From: Verrucomicrobiota bacterium
GTDB lineage: Bacteria > Verrucomicrobiota > Verrucomicrobiia > Chthoniobacterales > UBA6821
NCBI GenBank assembly: GCA_008932965.1
Contig: WBXG01000017.1
Location: 1-28,682, forward strand
Reading direction: 5' to 3'
DNA: 28,682 bases
The position numbers and the translations under genes are program-made. Shown piece by piece: positions 1-8,440 of this stretch. Below the pieces are notes generated by a model. The model searched no databases. It saw only the letters and a list, made by a program, of their open reading frames with translations, and was not told the origin of the DNA. Positions within the stretch are counted from its first letter, which is position 1, and each line of letters opens with the position of its first letter.

Positions 1-122
1 AGACTCACATTTTGATTTGGGCAGTATGTACACATACAGCCCTGCATCAAAATGCTCGCCTGCCTTACCCCATCAGCCTTCGCGGCCTCCTCGTCACGAT
101 CAGTATGAAATATCCGGGTTAA
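1..122 (+). mobile_element. Hairpin element copy A (type 1a), 5' end cut by the window edge. Lies in frame inside ispG.
   Basis: Nearly identical to 1053-1174 of copy B. Ends in CACGATCAGTATGAAATATCCGGGTTAA. Translated in the ispG frame as ...[25 protein letters not shown], then continues into IspG sequence. Confidence 0.9.
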
Positions 123-994
123 GTTGGAATCTAGTGGCGCCAGGATGGTCGTTTTTTAGCAGTGATCGGCGAGATTCTCAAAAAATAATGATCAATAATA
201 CCGAGGTTGGTGGTACTTCTCTGGTGCGGGTGGTGATACCGCGTCATTCCCATGAGGCAGTAGCTCCCAAGCTCGCTTTCATGGGAGAATATCAACCCGA
301 ATTCATTTTGGAGGATTTATCACTCATAGAAATGGATCCTCGTTCCGAGGAGGAGATAGCTTTATTGAGCCATGAAAAAGCACCTCGCCTGATTACTGTT
401 CGTGATGGGATTGAGATGAGCCCGATTGCTGCTTTTCGCCTTCTTGCAGCACGTATCCCATCTAGCTATCCCATTTTGCTTAAAGATACTCTCAAGCCGG
501 AAAGCCAGATAACAGAGTCAGAGTTGCATAGAAGAGAAGTTACAAAAAATCTACTTACTGCCTCAACAGTAATTGGGGCCCTTCTGTGTGATGGGATTGG
601 TGATGCTGTTCTCATTCGTGGCGAATCCTCTCCTGAAGCTTCTCTTCGGCTTGCCTATAATATTTTACAATCTGCAGGAGTGCGGATTTTTAAAACGGAT
701 TATGTAGCCTGTCCTTCCTGTGGGCGTACACTTTTTAATCTTCAGGAAACAACAGCACGTATTAAAGCTGCAACAGACCATCTTAAGGGAGTTCGTATTG
801 CTATTATGGGTTGTATTGTTAATGGTCCTGGAGAAATGGCGGATGCCGACTTTGGCTATGTGGGTGGAGCACCCGGAAAAGTGAATCTCTACGTTGGCAA
901 GCAAGCAGTCAAATTTAATATTCCTCAGGAAGAGGCTGTGGAGCAGCTTGTCACCTTGATTCAGGAGCATGGGAAATGGGTAGAAAGAGATTAA
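2..994 (+). CDS. ispG: 4-hydroxy-3-methylbut-2-enyl diphosphate synthase IspG (long form), 5'-truncated by the window edge. The frame runs through hairpin-element copy A (1-122).
   Basis: The C-terminal motifs [20 protein letters not shown] and GCIVNGPGE are typical of IspG/GcpE. The ~200 aa before them fit the extra insert domain of long-form IspG. The N-terminal TIM-barrel part is absent, and the frame stays open to position 2 through the repeat. The stop TAA at 992-994 lies inside the TTAA at the start of copy B. Confidence 0.85.
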   Translation, partial: DSHFDLGSMYTYSPASKCSPALPHQPSRPPRHDQYEISGLSWNLVAPGWSFFSSDRRDSQKIMINNTEVGGTSLVRVVIPRHSHEAVAPKLAFMGEYQPEFILEDLSLIEMDPRSEEEIALLSHEKAPRLITVRDGIEMSPIAAFRLLAARIPSSYPILLKDTLKPESQITESELHRREVTKNLLTASTVIGALLCDGIGDAVLIRGESSPEASLRLAYNILQSAGVRIFKTDYVACPSCGRTLFNLQETTARIKAATDHLKGVRIAIMGCIVNGPGEMADADFGYVGGAPGKVNLYVGKQAVKFNIPQEEAVEQLVTLIQEHGKWVERD

Positions 995-1174
995 CCCGGA
1001 TATTTCATACTGATCTACTACGGAAGCCGGGAACTCAGATGGATGCTGCGTTAGACTCACATTTTGATTTGGGCAGTATGTACACATACAGCCCTGTATC
1101 AAAATGCTCGCCTGCCTTACCCCATCAGCCTTCGCGGCCTCCTCGTCACGATCAGTATGAAACATCCGGGTTAA
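991..1174 (+). mobile_element. Hairpin element copy B (type 1a), full length 184 bp, starting on the ispG stop codon.
   Basis: 5' TTAACCCGGATATTTCATACTGATC and 3' GATCAGTATGAAACATCCGGGTTAA form ~25-nt terminal inverted repeats. The interior hairpin is CATTTTGAT...ATCAAAATG. TTAA is present at both ends. Confidence 0.92.
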
Positions 1175-1243
1175 CCCGCCTATTTCATACCGATTCTGCT
1201 GCGGCTTGCGAACACCTGATAGATACTGCGTCAGTCTCCAACT
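1171..1243 (+). repeat. Hairpin element copy C (type 2), 3'-truncated, abutting copy B through a shared TTAA.
   Basis: TTAACCCGCCTATTTCATACCGATTCTGCTGCGGCTTGCGAACACCTGATAGATACTGCGTCAGTCTC matches the first ~70 nt of copy G (8257-). Confidence 0.8.
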
Positions 1244-1265
1244 TTTTTTAGTCAGAGTTCGATTT

Positions 1266-1898
1266 CTATTTAGGAAAAAACTTTCTAATTTCCTGAAGCA
1301 TACGATGGATGTGGCGATAGCCTTTGACCTTAGAGAGAAGTAGGTAGCTATGCCACGGATCTCCCCATTCTATGATTTCAATGGTGACACGGCGTACCCC
1401 CCACTGGGACATGGCTGTCCGCGTTGGTTTGTAAAGATCGATAGTGTTTGTTCCAGCGAGTGCAAAACCATAATCATCGACAATAAAATTTTCTCCTGTT
1501 GCCTTAATGCGAAACCGAGTTCCAGCTGGCCAACGTGCCCAATCAGCAGCTGCACTGTTGAGCGCTCCATATTTTAAAGGTGTGCCAAGGGCGGAACAAG
1601 CTCCATAACGATGGTGGTCGCGTTCAGAATGAGTGTAGGCTGTTGTACGCACTTTTTGAACAGCAGTACGTGCAAGCGGTTTTTCATATGTTGGAAGTTG
1701 GTGGGCACAACTGCTGAGGAATAATACCGTTGCTACTGCAAGAGATGAAACACCTTGCTGTAGCCTTGTTGGACATTTTGTAATTGCAAATTCACTGTTG
1801 TGATCAATCTCTCTCTTCATAAGAAAGTCTATGTCTGCAAGCATTCCATCATGCTGAAATAACCAATCTGCAACGTGGGAGCAGAGAAGGCTCTGCAT
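1266..1898 (-). CDS. 3D-domain (MltA-like) lipoprotein. Maximal ORF shown; the likely start is the ATG at 1820.
   Basis: The C-terminal half (RTTAYTHSE...NFIVDDYGFALAGTNTIDLY) looks like a 3D domain. The lipobox-like LFLSSC is preceded by a hydrophobic stretch, which fits a start at MKREID (1820) better than 1898. Confidence 0.7.
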   Translation of the reverse strand: MQSLLCSHVADWLFQHDGMLADIDFLMKREIDHNSEFAITKCPTRLQQGVSSLAVATVLFLSSCAHQLPTYEKPLARTAVQKVRTTAYTHSERDHHRYGACSALGTPLKYGALNSAAADWARWPAGTRFRIKATGENFIVDDYGFALAGTNTIDLYKPTRTAMSQWGVRRVTIEIIEWGDPWHSYLLLSKVKGYRHIHRMLQEIRKFFPK

Positions 1899-1906
1899 TC
1901 ATGAAA

Positions 1907-2923
1907 TTATATCGATGAATTATTTGCTGCTACTTGGGCTACGGCACTTGCCACTGTTGTTGCTGCTGCCACAGCAGTAGCTTGTTCAGGAGTGAGTGAA
2001 AGCCCTGGAAGTAAATCTCCTTCGGTTGTTCCGACCCCTTGAATACGACGTTTTTCTTGCCTTTCTTGAGAAATGCGAACGACTTCACGAGCTAAGCCAC
2101 ATTTTTCCATAATACGAATTACATAGGCAGAGGGATCAATTTGCCACCATTTCATTCCGTGAAAAGCAGAGCGAGGAAAAGCATGGTGATTGTTATGCCA
2201 TCCTTCACCCATTGCTAGAATTCCGAAGATAAAATTATTGCGACTTACATCAGTTGTTTCAAAATCCCGGCCACCAAATGTGTGGCAGATAGAATTAACC
2301 GACCAAGTTACATGATGATTGAGAAAGACACGTACAAGTCCACCCCAGAAAAATCCTTGTAATGCTCCAACCTCGAAACCGTGAAGGCCACCACCATGAA
2401 GAGATTCAATCCAACCACACAGTAGGGTGGGTACGAGAAATCCAAGGGCAACCCAAACAAAAAAAGTTTTACTGATAAAAACAATCAGTGGATCTTTGAG
2501 AAGGGGCTTCGCATATTTTTCAATATTAGGCTGGAAATCATCTAGAATCCAACCGACATGAGCATGAAAAAAACTTTTGAGGGGACTATGAGGATCATCC
2601 TCCATATCCGAATTTGCGTGATGTTGAATATGAGTGGCTGCCCAGTTAAGAGCTGGCCCTTGAAGGGTCATGGAGCCTGTGATCAAGAAAAAAGCGCGAA
2701 CCCAGTCGGGTGCATGAAAACTTTTATGGGTTAGCATGCGATGGTAGCCGATGGTGATACCGAAGCCGCCTAGGATAAACATTCCAAGCATGACAAGCAA
2801 GGAGCTCATGTTAACCATTTGATTCCAGAGAAAGTAAATTCCAATCATCGTAGCAATAAGTGGAATCCAAACGACGAATAAAAGAATGGTTTTATTGAGA
2901 GAGGAGGTCTGTGGATGACTCAT
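1907..2923 (-). CDS. Acyl-CoA/acyl-lipid (delta-9 type) fatty acid desaturase.
   Basis: Three histidine boxes (HRMLTH, HIQHHANSD, HNNHH) and N-terminal transmembrane segments. Confidence 0.88.
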   Translation of the reverse strand: MSHPQTSSLNKTILLFVVWIPLIATMIGIYFLWNQMVNMSSLLVMLGMFILGGFGITIGYHRMLTHKSFHAPDWVRAFFLITGSMTLQGPALNWAATHIQHHANSDMEDDPHSPLKSFFHAHVGWILDDFQPNIEKYAKPLLKDPLIVFISKTFFVWVALGFLVPTLLCGWIESLHGGGLHGFEVGALQGFFWGGLVRVFLNHHVTWSVNSICHTFGGRDFETTDVSRNNFIFGILAMGEGWHNNHHAFPRSAFHGMKWWQIDPSAYVIRIMEKCGLAREVVRISQERQEKRRIQGVGTTEGDLLPGLSLTPEQATAVAAATTVASAVAQVAANNSSI

Positions 2924-2980
2924 GATCTTTATAAACTACATCAAAAGATAGGAAATGCAAGGGGAGGTAATGAATCTTTA

Positions 2981-3112
2981 TTAACCTGCATATTTCATAC
3001 CGATCACCTACGAAAGCCGGGAAGCAAGGGTGGATGCTGCGTTGAGCTCGAAGTCTTACCCCATCAGCCTTCGCAGCTCCCTCGTTACGATCAGTATGGA
3101 ATATCTGCTCTA
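2981..3112 (+). mobile_element. Hairpin element copy D (type 1b), with a ~52-bp internal deletion. Sits between the glycosyltransferase stop and the desaturase start.
   Basis: TTAACCTGCATATTTCATACCGATCACCTACGAAAGCCGGGAAG...CCCCATCAGCCTTCGCAGCTCCCTCGTTACGATCAGTATGGAATATCTGCTCTA. The central hairpin is missing relative to copy H. The terminal TA overlaps the stop codon (CTA on +) of the 3110-4210 gene. Confidence 0.85.
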
Positions 3113-4210
3113 GGATATTTTGTTCAAAATAAATGTTGCTATTTTTTGGGTTGCAGAAGAGGTAGCCAAAACTGATAAACACTCTTTCCAATATTTCCAT
3201 GTTGCTGCTTCCTGGGAAAAAACTTCTGCTACAGAAGCAGCAATAGTTTCAGGATAGTGGGCAGCTAAACGACCAATATTATGCCGTTCGATAAGTTCTA
3301 TGTTCCCCTCTTCTTGCCCAGGAACAATATGACTGATTAAAAGTGGACACTTCGCTGCCATAGCTTCATGAACAATGGCACCACCAGCTTTTCCAATATA
3401 GAGATGGTGAGAGGCAAGAAGTTCAGGGATGTTTTTTGTCCAACCTATGAGGCTTAATTGAACCCCATTGAAAATACCTGATTTTTCCAAACTTGCATGC
3501 ATTTCTCTCAAGCGGCCAGTGACGACGGTGATCTCAATATTAGGAATACTTTTCAAGGCCTCTAGGACTTCTAATGTATGTTGGGCTTTGGAAGAGGGGA
3601 GGTAGAGAATTTTCCAAGGAGGTTGTGTTATGATCGGAAGAGAAGGCAACATGGCAAACCGTGGAGCAACGGGGAATCCCAAAACATGAATTTTTTCTCT
3701 AAGAACACCATCTTTAGTTAAGACAGAGGCTGTTTCCTCATCAACAACAATAAAATCGTCACTACCGGCTCGATACCACGCTATATTAATAGCAGTCGAG
3801 TCGGTAATCATTGTGACGAAACGGACCTTGCTTGCTTTATTCCCCTCTTTTCGAAGCTCACGAATGAGAAAAGCATAAAGAGGATAAGTCGAAACAATGA
3901 TGTCAGGCTCGAGTTGATCAATGGTCTTTTGAAGGGCGCGCTTGAGTGGCCCCATCATAAAAAGTGTTCTTTCTAAGGTGCTAGGATGATTCAAAAAATT
4001 AAAGATAACACCCCAAATCATTGGGAATTTATTGATTGCAAGTCGGTATCCTGATTGAAGAGCTTTTGTTAACCAAGGAGTGCTTTGAAGGTAAATATCA
4101 ATGACCGTGACGGCTACTTCCGTACCCTCTTGTAATGCTTCACTAATATTATGGGCTGCTGTGTTATGACCATCACCGAACCCAGCCGTAAGAATAAGAA
4201 CTTTTTTCAT
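3110..4210 (-). CDS. MGDG synthase / UgtP-type (GT28 family) diacylglycerol glycosyltransferase.
   Basis: N-terminal MKKVLILTAGFGDGHNTAA and C-terminal GKAGGAIVHEAMAAKCPLL...PGQEEGN resemble the monogalactosyldiacylglycerol synthase family. Confidence 0.8.
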   Translation of the reverse strand: MKKVLILTAGFGDGHNTAAHNISEALQEGTEVAVTVIDIYLQSTPWLTKALQSGYRLAINKFPMIWGVIFNFLNHPSTLERTLFMMGPLKRALQKTIDQLEPDIIVSTYPLYAFLIRELRKEGNKASKVRFVTMITDSTAINIAWYRAGSDDFIVVDEETASVLTKDGVLREKIHVLGFPVAPRFAMLPSLPIITQPPWKILYLPSSKAQHTLEVLEALKSIPNIEITVVTGRLREMHASLEKSGIFNGVQLSLIGWTKNIPELLASHHLYIGKAGGAIVHEAMAAKCPLLISHIVPGQEEGNIELIERHNIGRLAAHYPETIAASVAEVFSQEAATWKYWKECLSVLATSSATQKIATFILNKIS

Positions 4211-4335
4211 AGAAGAGGCTATGCAACTTTAACCTAAAACCGATAAAGCCTGCATCAGGAATTGGAATTAAAAATAGTTGTTATGGAGATAGCTATTCTG
4301 CATGTTCCATGATATTGGCTACAACATAAATACTT

Positions 4336-4362
4336 ATCCGGATTAACCCGGATTTTCATCAG
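4336..4362 (+). repeat. Hairpin element end remnant (copy E): TIR-to-TIR junction-like ATCCGGATTAACCCGGATTTTCATC.
   Basis: Resembles the copy B/C junction (ATCCGGGTTAACCCGCCTATTTCATAC). It overlaps the last codons and the stop (4343-4345) of the CFA synthase gene. Confidence 0.5.
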
Positions 4363-5611
4363 AAGGAAGCATATAGATGGGAGACTTCAATGTGAGATTT
4401 GTAGGGCGTGAATAGAGCGCCTGTACAGTCGATTTCGAGCGTGTTGCAAATGCGGCCTCACAATAGCAGAGATAGTAAAACCATTTTCTTAAAAAAAGGG
4501 TGGAGCATCCTTGTTTTTGCATTTTAGGTAAGGAGCTGGTAAAGGCAGTGCGCCACAGGGCCATTGTTCGTGCTGCAGAAGGAGTGATATCCTCGCAGTC
4601 TAGCAGGTTGAGATTTCCAGTTTCATTGCAGGCTTCGGTGAGGCGCCTCAAGGAAGGAGTCAATGTTCTTGGAGTAATATATTTTTGAACAAAATCGACG
4701 TTATCACGCAGGAATGGATATTGGTTGTCAGGACAAAGAACTAACTGAAGTACAAGTAATCCTTGTGGTGCAAGTAGGCTTTCTATTTTAGCAAAGAATG
4801 GCTCTAAATCGGGATCATCGGCCAGATCCATCATTTCTATGCAAGCAATTTTGTCAAAGCGTCCTCCCAAATGCTGGTAGTTACAAAAGACAACCTCAAC
4901 GAGATTTGCAACGCCCGCTTTTTCGACATTAATATCAGTTTGCCGATATTGCTCCTCGGAGAGGGTTGTTGCTTGAATACGACATCCATACTTCTGAGCT
5001 GCATAAATTGCAAAGCCACCCCAGCTGCATCCAATATCCAATAAATAATCATGAGCAGTGAGCAGTAATTTTTGGCAAAGGCGTTCCCACTTAGCTTCCT
5101 GAGCTAGCGTGAGACTTTCCGTGGATGTCTTAAAGTAAGCAGCTGAGTAGGCCATGGAGGTACCTAGCCAATGTTGAAAAAAAGAGGTATGGACGTTGCT
5201 TTGGTCATAAAAAAGGGCCTCCTTTTTTTTCTTAGAGCAATGGCGTAAGAGGTGCTGGACTTGATTGGCAATGCCAAGAATATTATGTTTTTCAAGACCT
5301 TGTTCCCTCACTTTTTCTCCAGAGAGGAAGGAAGCATTTAAAAAAAACCATGCAATGACTCCAGTAAGATGATTCGTCTCCCATTCATTGTGGAGATAGG
5401 ATTCAGCAAGACCTATAGAACCGTACAGCACCCAACGACGGTAGAATGCTTCATTCTTAATTTTTATTTCTGCATGCAATTCTTTATCGAGCCCCCCAAA
5501 CATGCGAGATGATCCTCCTGGCATTGTGAGACGTAAGGTGCCTCGACGGCCTCGATGGAGGGTCTCTAAAACAAGATTACGATACAGTTTAGTGAATGCG
5601 GCTTGGAACAT
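4343..5611 (-). CDS. cfa: Cyclopropane-fatty-acyl-phospholipid synthase family methyltransferase.
   Basis: SAM-binding motif LLDIGCSWGGFAIYAAQKYG, with overall length and layout typical of CFA synthases. Confidence 0.85.
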   Translation of the reverse strand: MFQAAFTKLYRNLVLETLHRGRRGTLRLTMPGGSSRMFGGLDKELHAEIKIKNEAFYRRWVLYGSIGLAESYLHNEWETNHLTGVIAWFFLNASFLSGEKVREQGLEKHNILGIANQVQHLLRHCSKKKKEALFYDQSNVHTSFFQHWLGTSMAYSAAYFKTSTESLTLAQEAKWERLCQKLLLTAHDYLLDIGCSWGGFAIYAAQKYGCRIQATTLSEEQYRQTDINVEKAGVANLVEVVFCNYQHLGGRFDKIACIEMMDLADDPDLEPFFAKIESLLAPQGLLVLQLVLCPDNQYPFLRDNVDFVQKYITPRTLTPSLRRLTEACNETGNLNLLDCEDITPSAARTMALWRTAFTSSLPKMQKQGCSTLFLRKWFYYLCYCEAAFATRSKSTVQALYSRPTNLTLKSPIYMLPSDENPG

Positions 5612-5713
5612 GGTTTTTGCCGTGGGGGGATATAGCTGTGAGTTGAAAACTCCAAATTAACCACAAAAAAGAAGAAAGAACACAAAGAAAAATAAGGACA
5701 ATAGAGAATGACA

Positions 5714-5769
5714 AGCCCGGATATTTTATAGCAATCACTTGTGACGATCAGTATGAAATATTCTGACTA
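5714..5769 (+). repeat. Mini hairpin element (copy F, ~56 bp) that keeps both termini only.
   Basis: AAGCCCGGATATTTTATA...GTGACGATCAGTATGAAATATTCTGACTA in the divergent intergenic region between cfa and the GT4 gene. Confidence 0.6.
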
Positions 5770-5808
5770 GATTTCATTTTTCAATGACGATGAGAAAAAA
5801 ATATCATA

Positions 5809-6966
5809 GTGTGGCCCATGCATCCATACCTTCAACAACTACTTCGACCCAGGAAAAAATCCGGATTAGTTTCCCTGCCTCCTCATGGTGAATTTCGAGG
5901 TCATGCTTTAGGAAAAGTTCTTATTGCTTATATAACATGGCCTTTTAGGGAAGGGCACCATGCACCACGAGCTCGTGGGCACACCAATGCTTTTGAAGTC
6001 ATAGCAATGGCTAGCTCCTATCAAGAGCTCGGTTACCAGGTTGAAATTGTCGATTACGATGATAACACTTATATTCCCCCTTCAGATTGTTGTGTCGCTA
6101 TTGATCTGCATGGGCAACTGGAAAGATGGAATTCTTTCTTGCCTGAAACATGCCAGCGTATTCTTCATGCAACAGGGCCCCACTGGTTATTGTGGAATGA
6201 TTCAGAATTAAGGCGTCTCCTTGCAATCCAAGATCGCAAAGGGGTTGCCCTCTTTCCCCAGCGGCAGGTGGCTCCCTCTCATAGTGCCTCTCTTGCAGAC
6301 CAGATTGTTGTGCTAGGTAACAACTACACAATGCAGAGTTTTCAATTTGCAAATAAGCCAATCACTCGTGTTCCTCTCTCTTCTGCTTATGAATTTGATT
6401 ATCCTCAAGAGCGCGATCTTTCTGTTGCAAAGAAGCATTTTCTTTGGGTAGGAAGTTATGGAATGGTGCACAAGGGTCTTGATTTAGTACTCGATGCTTT
6501 TGCAAGGATGCCAGAGCTTTCACTCACCGTCTGTGGACGTCCAGAGAAGGAGAGAGATTTCTTTCGTCTTTATGAAAAAGAATTGCTCCATACCCCCAAT
6601 ATTACTTTTCATGGATGGATCGATATGGCTTCTGATGCCTTTAGCACAATCTCAAAGACCCATGCTGCTATTATCTATCCCTCGAGTGCCGAGGGAGGAG
6701 CTGGATCTGTCATTCATTCCATGCACGCGGGTATGGTTCCTATTTGTACGAGAGAAGCCTCGGTAGATCTTGGGGATTTTGGACTTCTCATTACAGAAGG
6801 TTCAGTAGAAGCGGTCATGGAGGCTGCTCTTGAGTTTTCTTCCTTATCAGATCAAGAGGTTTCAGAGCGTGCTGCTGCCTCCTATGCACATGCTCGTACG
6901 CACCATACACAAGAACTATTTCAAAAAAATTACCGAGACTTCGCAAAACATCTTCTTCATAGATAA
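5809..6966 (+). CDS. Glycosyltransferase family 4 (group 1). GTG start at 5809; alternative ATG at 5818.
   Basis: The C-terminal half (KGLDLVLDAF...YPSSAEGGAGSVIHSMHAGMVPI) has a GT-B/GT4-type layout. Confidence 0.8.
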   Translation: MWPMHPYLQQLLRPRKKSGLVSLPPHGEFRGHALGKVLIAYITWPFREGHHAPRARGHTNAFEVIAMASSYQELGYQVEIVDYDDNTYIPPSDCCVAIDLHGQLERWNSFLPETCQRILHATGPHWLLWNDSELRRLLAIQDRKGVALFPQRQVAPSHSASLADQIVVLGNNYTMQSFQFANKPITRVPLSSAYEFDYPQERDLSVAKKHFLWVGSYGMVHKGLDLVLDAFARMPELSLTVCGRPEKERDFFRLYEKELLHTPNITFHGWIDMASDAFSTISKTHAAIIYPSSAEGGAGSVIHSMHAGMVPICTREASVDLGDFGLLITEGSVEAVMEAALEFSSLSDQEVSERAAASYAHARTHHTQELFQKNYRDFAKHLLHR

Positions 6967-7048
6967 ATGAGGTTTTCTAAGTCCCTATCCCAATAGAGAT
7001 GATCTAGGGTATCTTACTAAATGGCATTCACCCCTGTTCTTCTCAATA

Positions 7049-7963
7049 ATGGAACCTATGGACTCTATTAGCATTATTATCCCAGCCTATAATGCAGCTA
7101 CGACTTTAAAAAAAACACTCGAGTCATGTCTTTCCCAAACAACAGCCCCTCTTGAAATTATTCTAGTTAATGATGGGAGTAGTGATGCGACAGCTTCGGT
7201 TGCAGATTTATTTAAAAATGTGATTCGCTATTTTCATTTGGAAAATGGGGGGGTGTCTCGTGCTAGAAATTATGGGGCCTCGCAGGCAAAGGGCGATTGG
7301 TTGCTCTTTCTTGATGCAGATGATCGATTGCTTTCACAGGCGCTGGAGAAATTACGAGAAGCAGCATTAAAGCAAAAGGTAGGGGTTGCCTATGGCATGG
7401 TTTTGGAACAACGTGAACCTCCAGAACAAGCCCGTCTCAATGGATTTAATTATGCGGCTGGTCAGCCACCCGCAGGATCACAACGCATTTTTTGGAGGAA
7501 TGCTATCATTACTCCTGGCTCAGCTATCGTGAGAAAGAGTCTTCACGAAAAATGTGGCGGCTTTGTAACTGGGTATGAACCGATGGAGGATCGCGATTAT
7601 TGGATCAAGTGTGGAATGCTAGAACCGATCGCTTTTTGTGAAACGGTGGTGCTTGATAAACTATGGCAACCTGCTTCCCATGGTTCCCAACACAGTAAAA
7701 GAATTTATCGGGGGCAGGTGGCACAGCGTGCACTCAAAAACTGGGCTCAGGTAAGAAATATTCCTGCCGACTGGATGCCGCTTGATCGGGAGATTATCAA
7801 ATCAGCACTCGATGAGGCTGTTTGGAGGCGCTCGTACACTATTTTAAGGCCATTGCTTACCGAGGCTCAGGCTCACGGTGTATGGCATTGGAGAGCTTTT
7901 TTGCTCTCGATTCTATTCCCTAGAAAAAATCCGCAATGGATGATGGGGGGCATGGGGAAGTAG
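7049..7963 (+). CDS. Glycosyltransferase family 2.
   Basis: ISIIIPAYNAATTL, ILVNDGSSDAT, RARNYGA and LLFLDADD are classic GT2 motifs. Confidence 0.88.
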   Translation: MEPMDSISIIIPAYNAATTLKKTLESCLSQTTAPLEIILVNDGSSDATASVADLFKNVIRYFHLENGGVSRARNYGASQAKGDWLLFLDADDRLLSQALEKLREAALKQKVGVAYGMVLEQREPPEQARLNGFNYAAGQPPAGSQRIFWRNAIITPGSAIVRKSLHEKCGGFVTGYEPMEDRDYWIKCGMLEPIAFCETVVLDKLWQPASHGSQHSKRIYRGQVAQRALKNWAQVRNIPADWMPLDREIIKSALDEAVWRRSYTILRPLLTEAQAHGVWHWRAFLLSILFPRKNPQWMMGGMGK

Positions 7964-8243
7964 GGGGCATATCTTGTTTGCTTTTTTTCTGTAATTTTTT
8001 GGAATGTCGTAAAATCACATTAAAAAGATGTTCAATGAAGAGAGGATCAAGGTTGTAGCTTTTTGCGAGGGAGGCATGTTTGTTTTTCAATTCTTCTTCT
8101 CGTGCTGGATCATGAATGTTCTGTTTCTCTTGAAGTTTGAGAAATCCAATGATGGAAGAGAGATGATTGCGTCGGGCGAGTTGTTCTATAATGAATGTAT
8201 CGATCTGATCGACCTCGGCTCGGAGCTCTTGGAGTGTTTTCAT
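7920..8243 (-). CDS. Chorismate mutase (AroQ class).
   Basis: LQELRAEVDQIDTFIIEQLARR...DPAREEEL... matches the AroQ-type helical chorismate mutase pattern. It lies downstream of tyrA in the aro operon. Confidence 0.85.
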   Translation of the reverse strand: MKTLQELRAEVDQIDTFIIEQLARRNHLSSIIGFLKLQEKQNIHDPAREEELKNKHASLAKSYNLDPLFIEHLFNVILRHSKKLQKKSKQDMPPTSPCPPSSIADFF

Positions 8244-8256
8244 AAAGATAGCCTGA

Positions 8257-8440
8257 TTAACCCGGATATTTCATACTGATTCTGCTGCGGCTTGCGAACA
8301 CCCGATGGATACTGCGTCAGTCTCGAATTGCTCCTCGGGCAGTATGAAACATACAGCCGTCGTCGCAATCCATCACCTTCCTTGTCTGCATCAGCCTTCG
8401 CGGCCTCCTCGTCACGATCAGTATGAAACATCCGGGTTAA
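8257..8440 (+). mobile_element. Hairpin element copy G (type 2), full length 184 bp, in the tyrA-chorismate mutase intercistronic spacer.
   Basis: TTAACCCGGATATTTCATACTGATTCTGCTGCGGCTTGCGAACACCCGATGG...CATCAGCCTTCGCGGCCTCCTCGTCACGATCAGTATGAAACATCCGGGTTAA. It abuts the tyrA stop (8441-8443) and ends 13 nt from the chorismate mutase start codon (8241-8243). Confidence 0.92.

Noticed and set aside
665-1165. 166-aa antisense ORF that starts at an ATG created by the GAAACATCC variant of the TIR and runs into ispG
   Set aside because: It is entirely antisense to a well-supported ispG coding region. The start is a by-product of a single-base TIR variant. Copies G and K also carry the ATG-creating GAAACATCC variant at the same TIR position.
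1115-1175. Hammerhead-type ribozyme in the conserved 3' module (reverse strand reads GAAGGCTGATGGGG)
   Set aside because: The motif is CTGATGG, not the CUGAnGA core. I could not find the matching GAAA/cleavage-site arrangement with three helices.
976-1251. Small ORFs spanning the repeats as real genes (976-1251+, 2892-3200-, 2915-3175+, 8240-8431-, 8305-8556+, 13008-13319+, 13243-13497-, 18425-18706-)
   Set aside because: Their sequences are simply translations of the hairpin element in its two open frames (IFHTD...DQYEISGL). They recur wherever a copy lies and have no independent start context or family resemblance.
1250-1268. tRNA-like T-arm string GAGTTCGATTTC
   Set aside because: There is no acceptor, D or anticodon arm around it. 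It lies between a truncated repeat and the stop codon of the 3D-domain gene.
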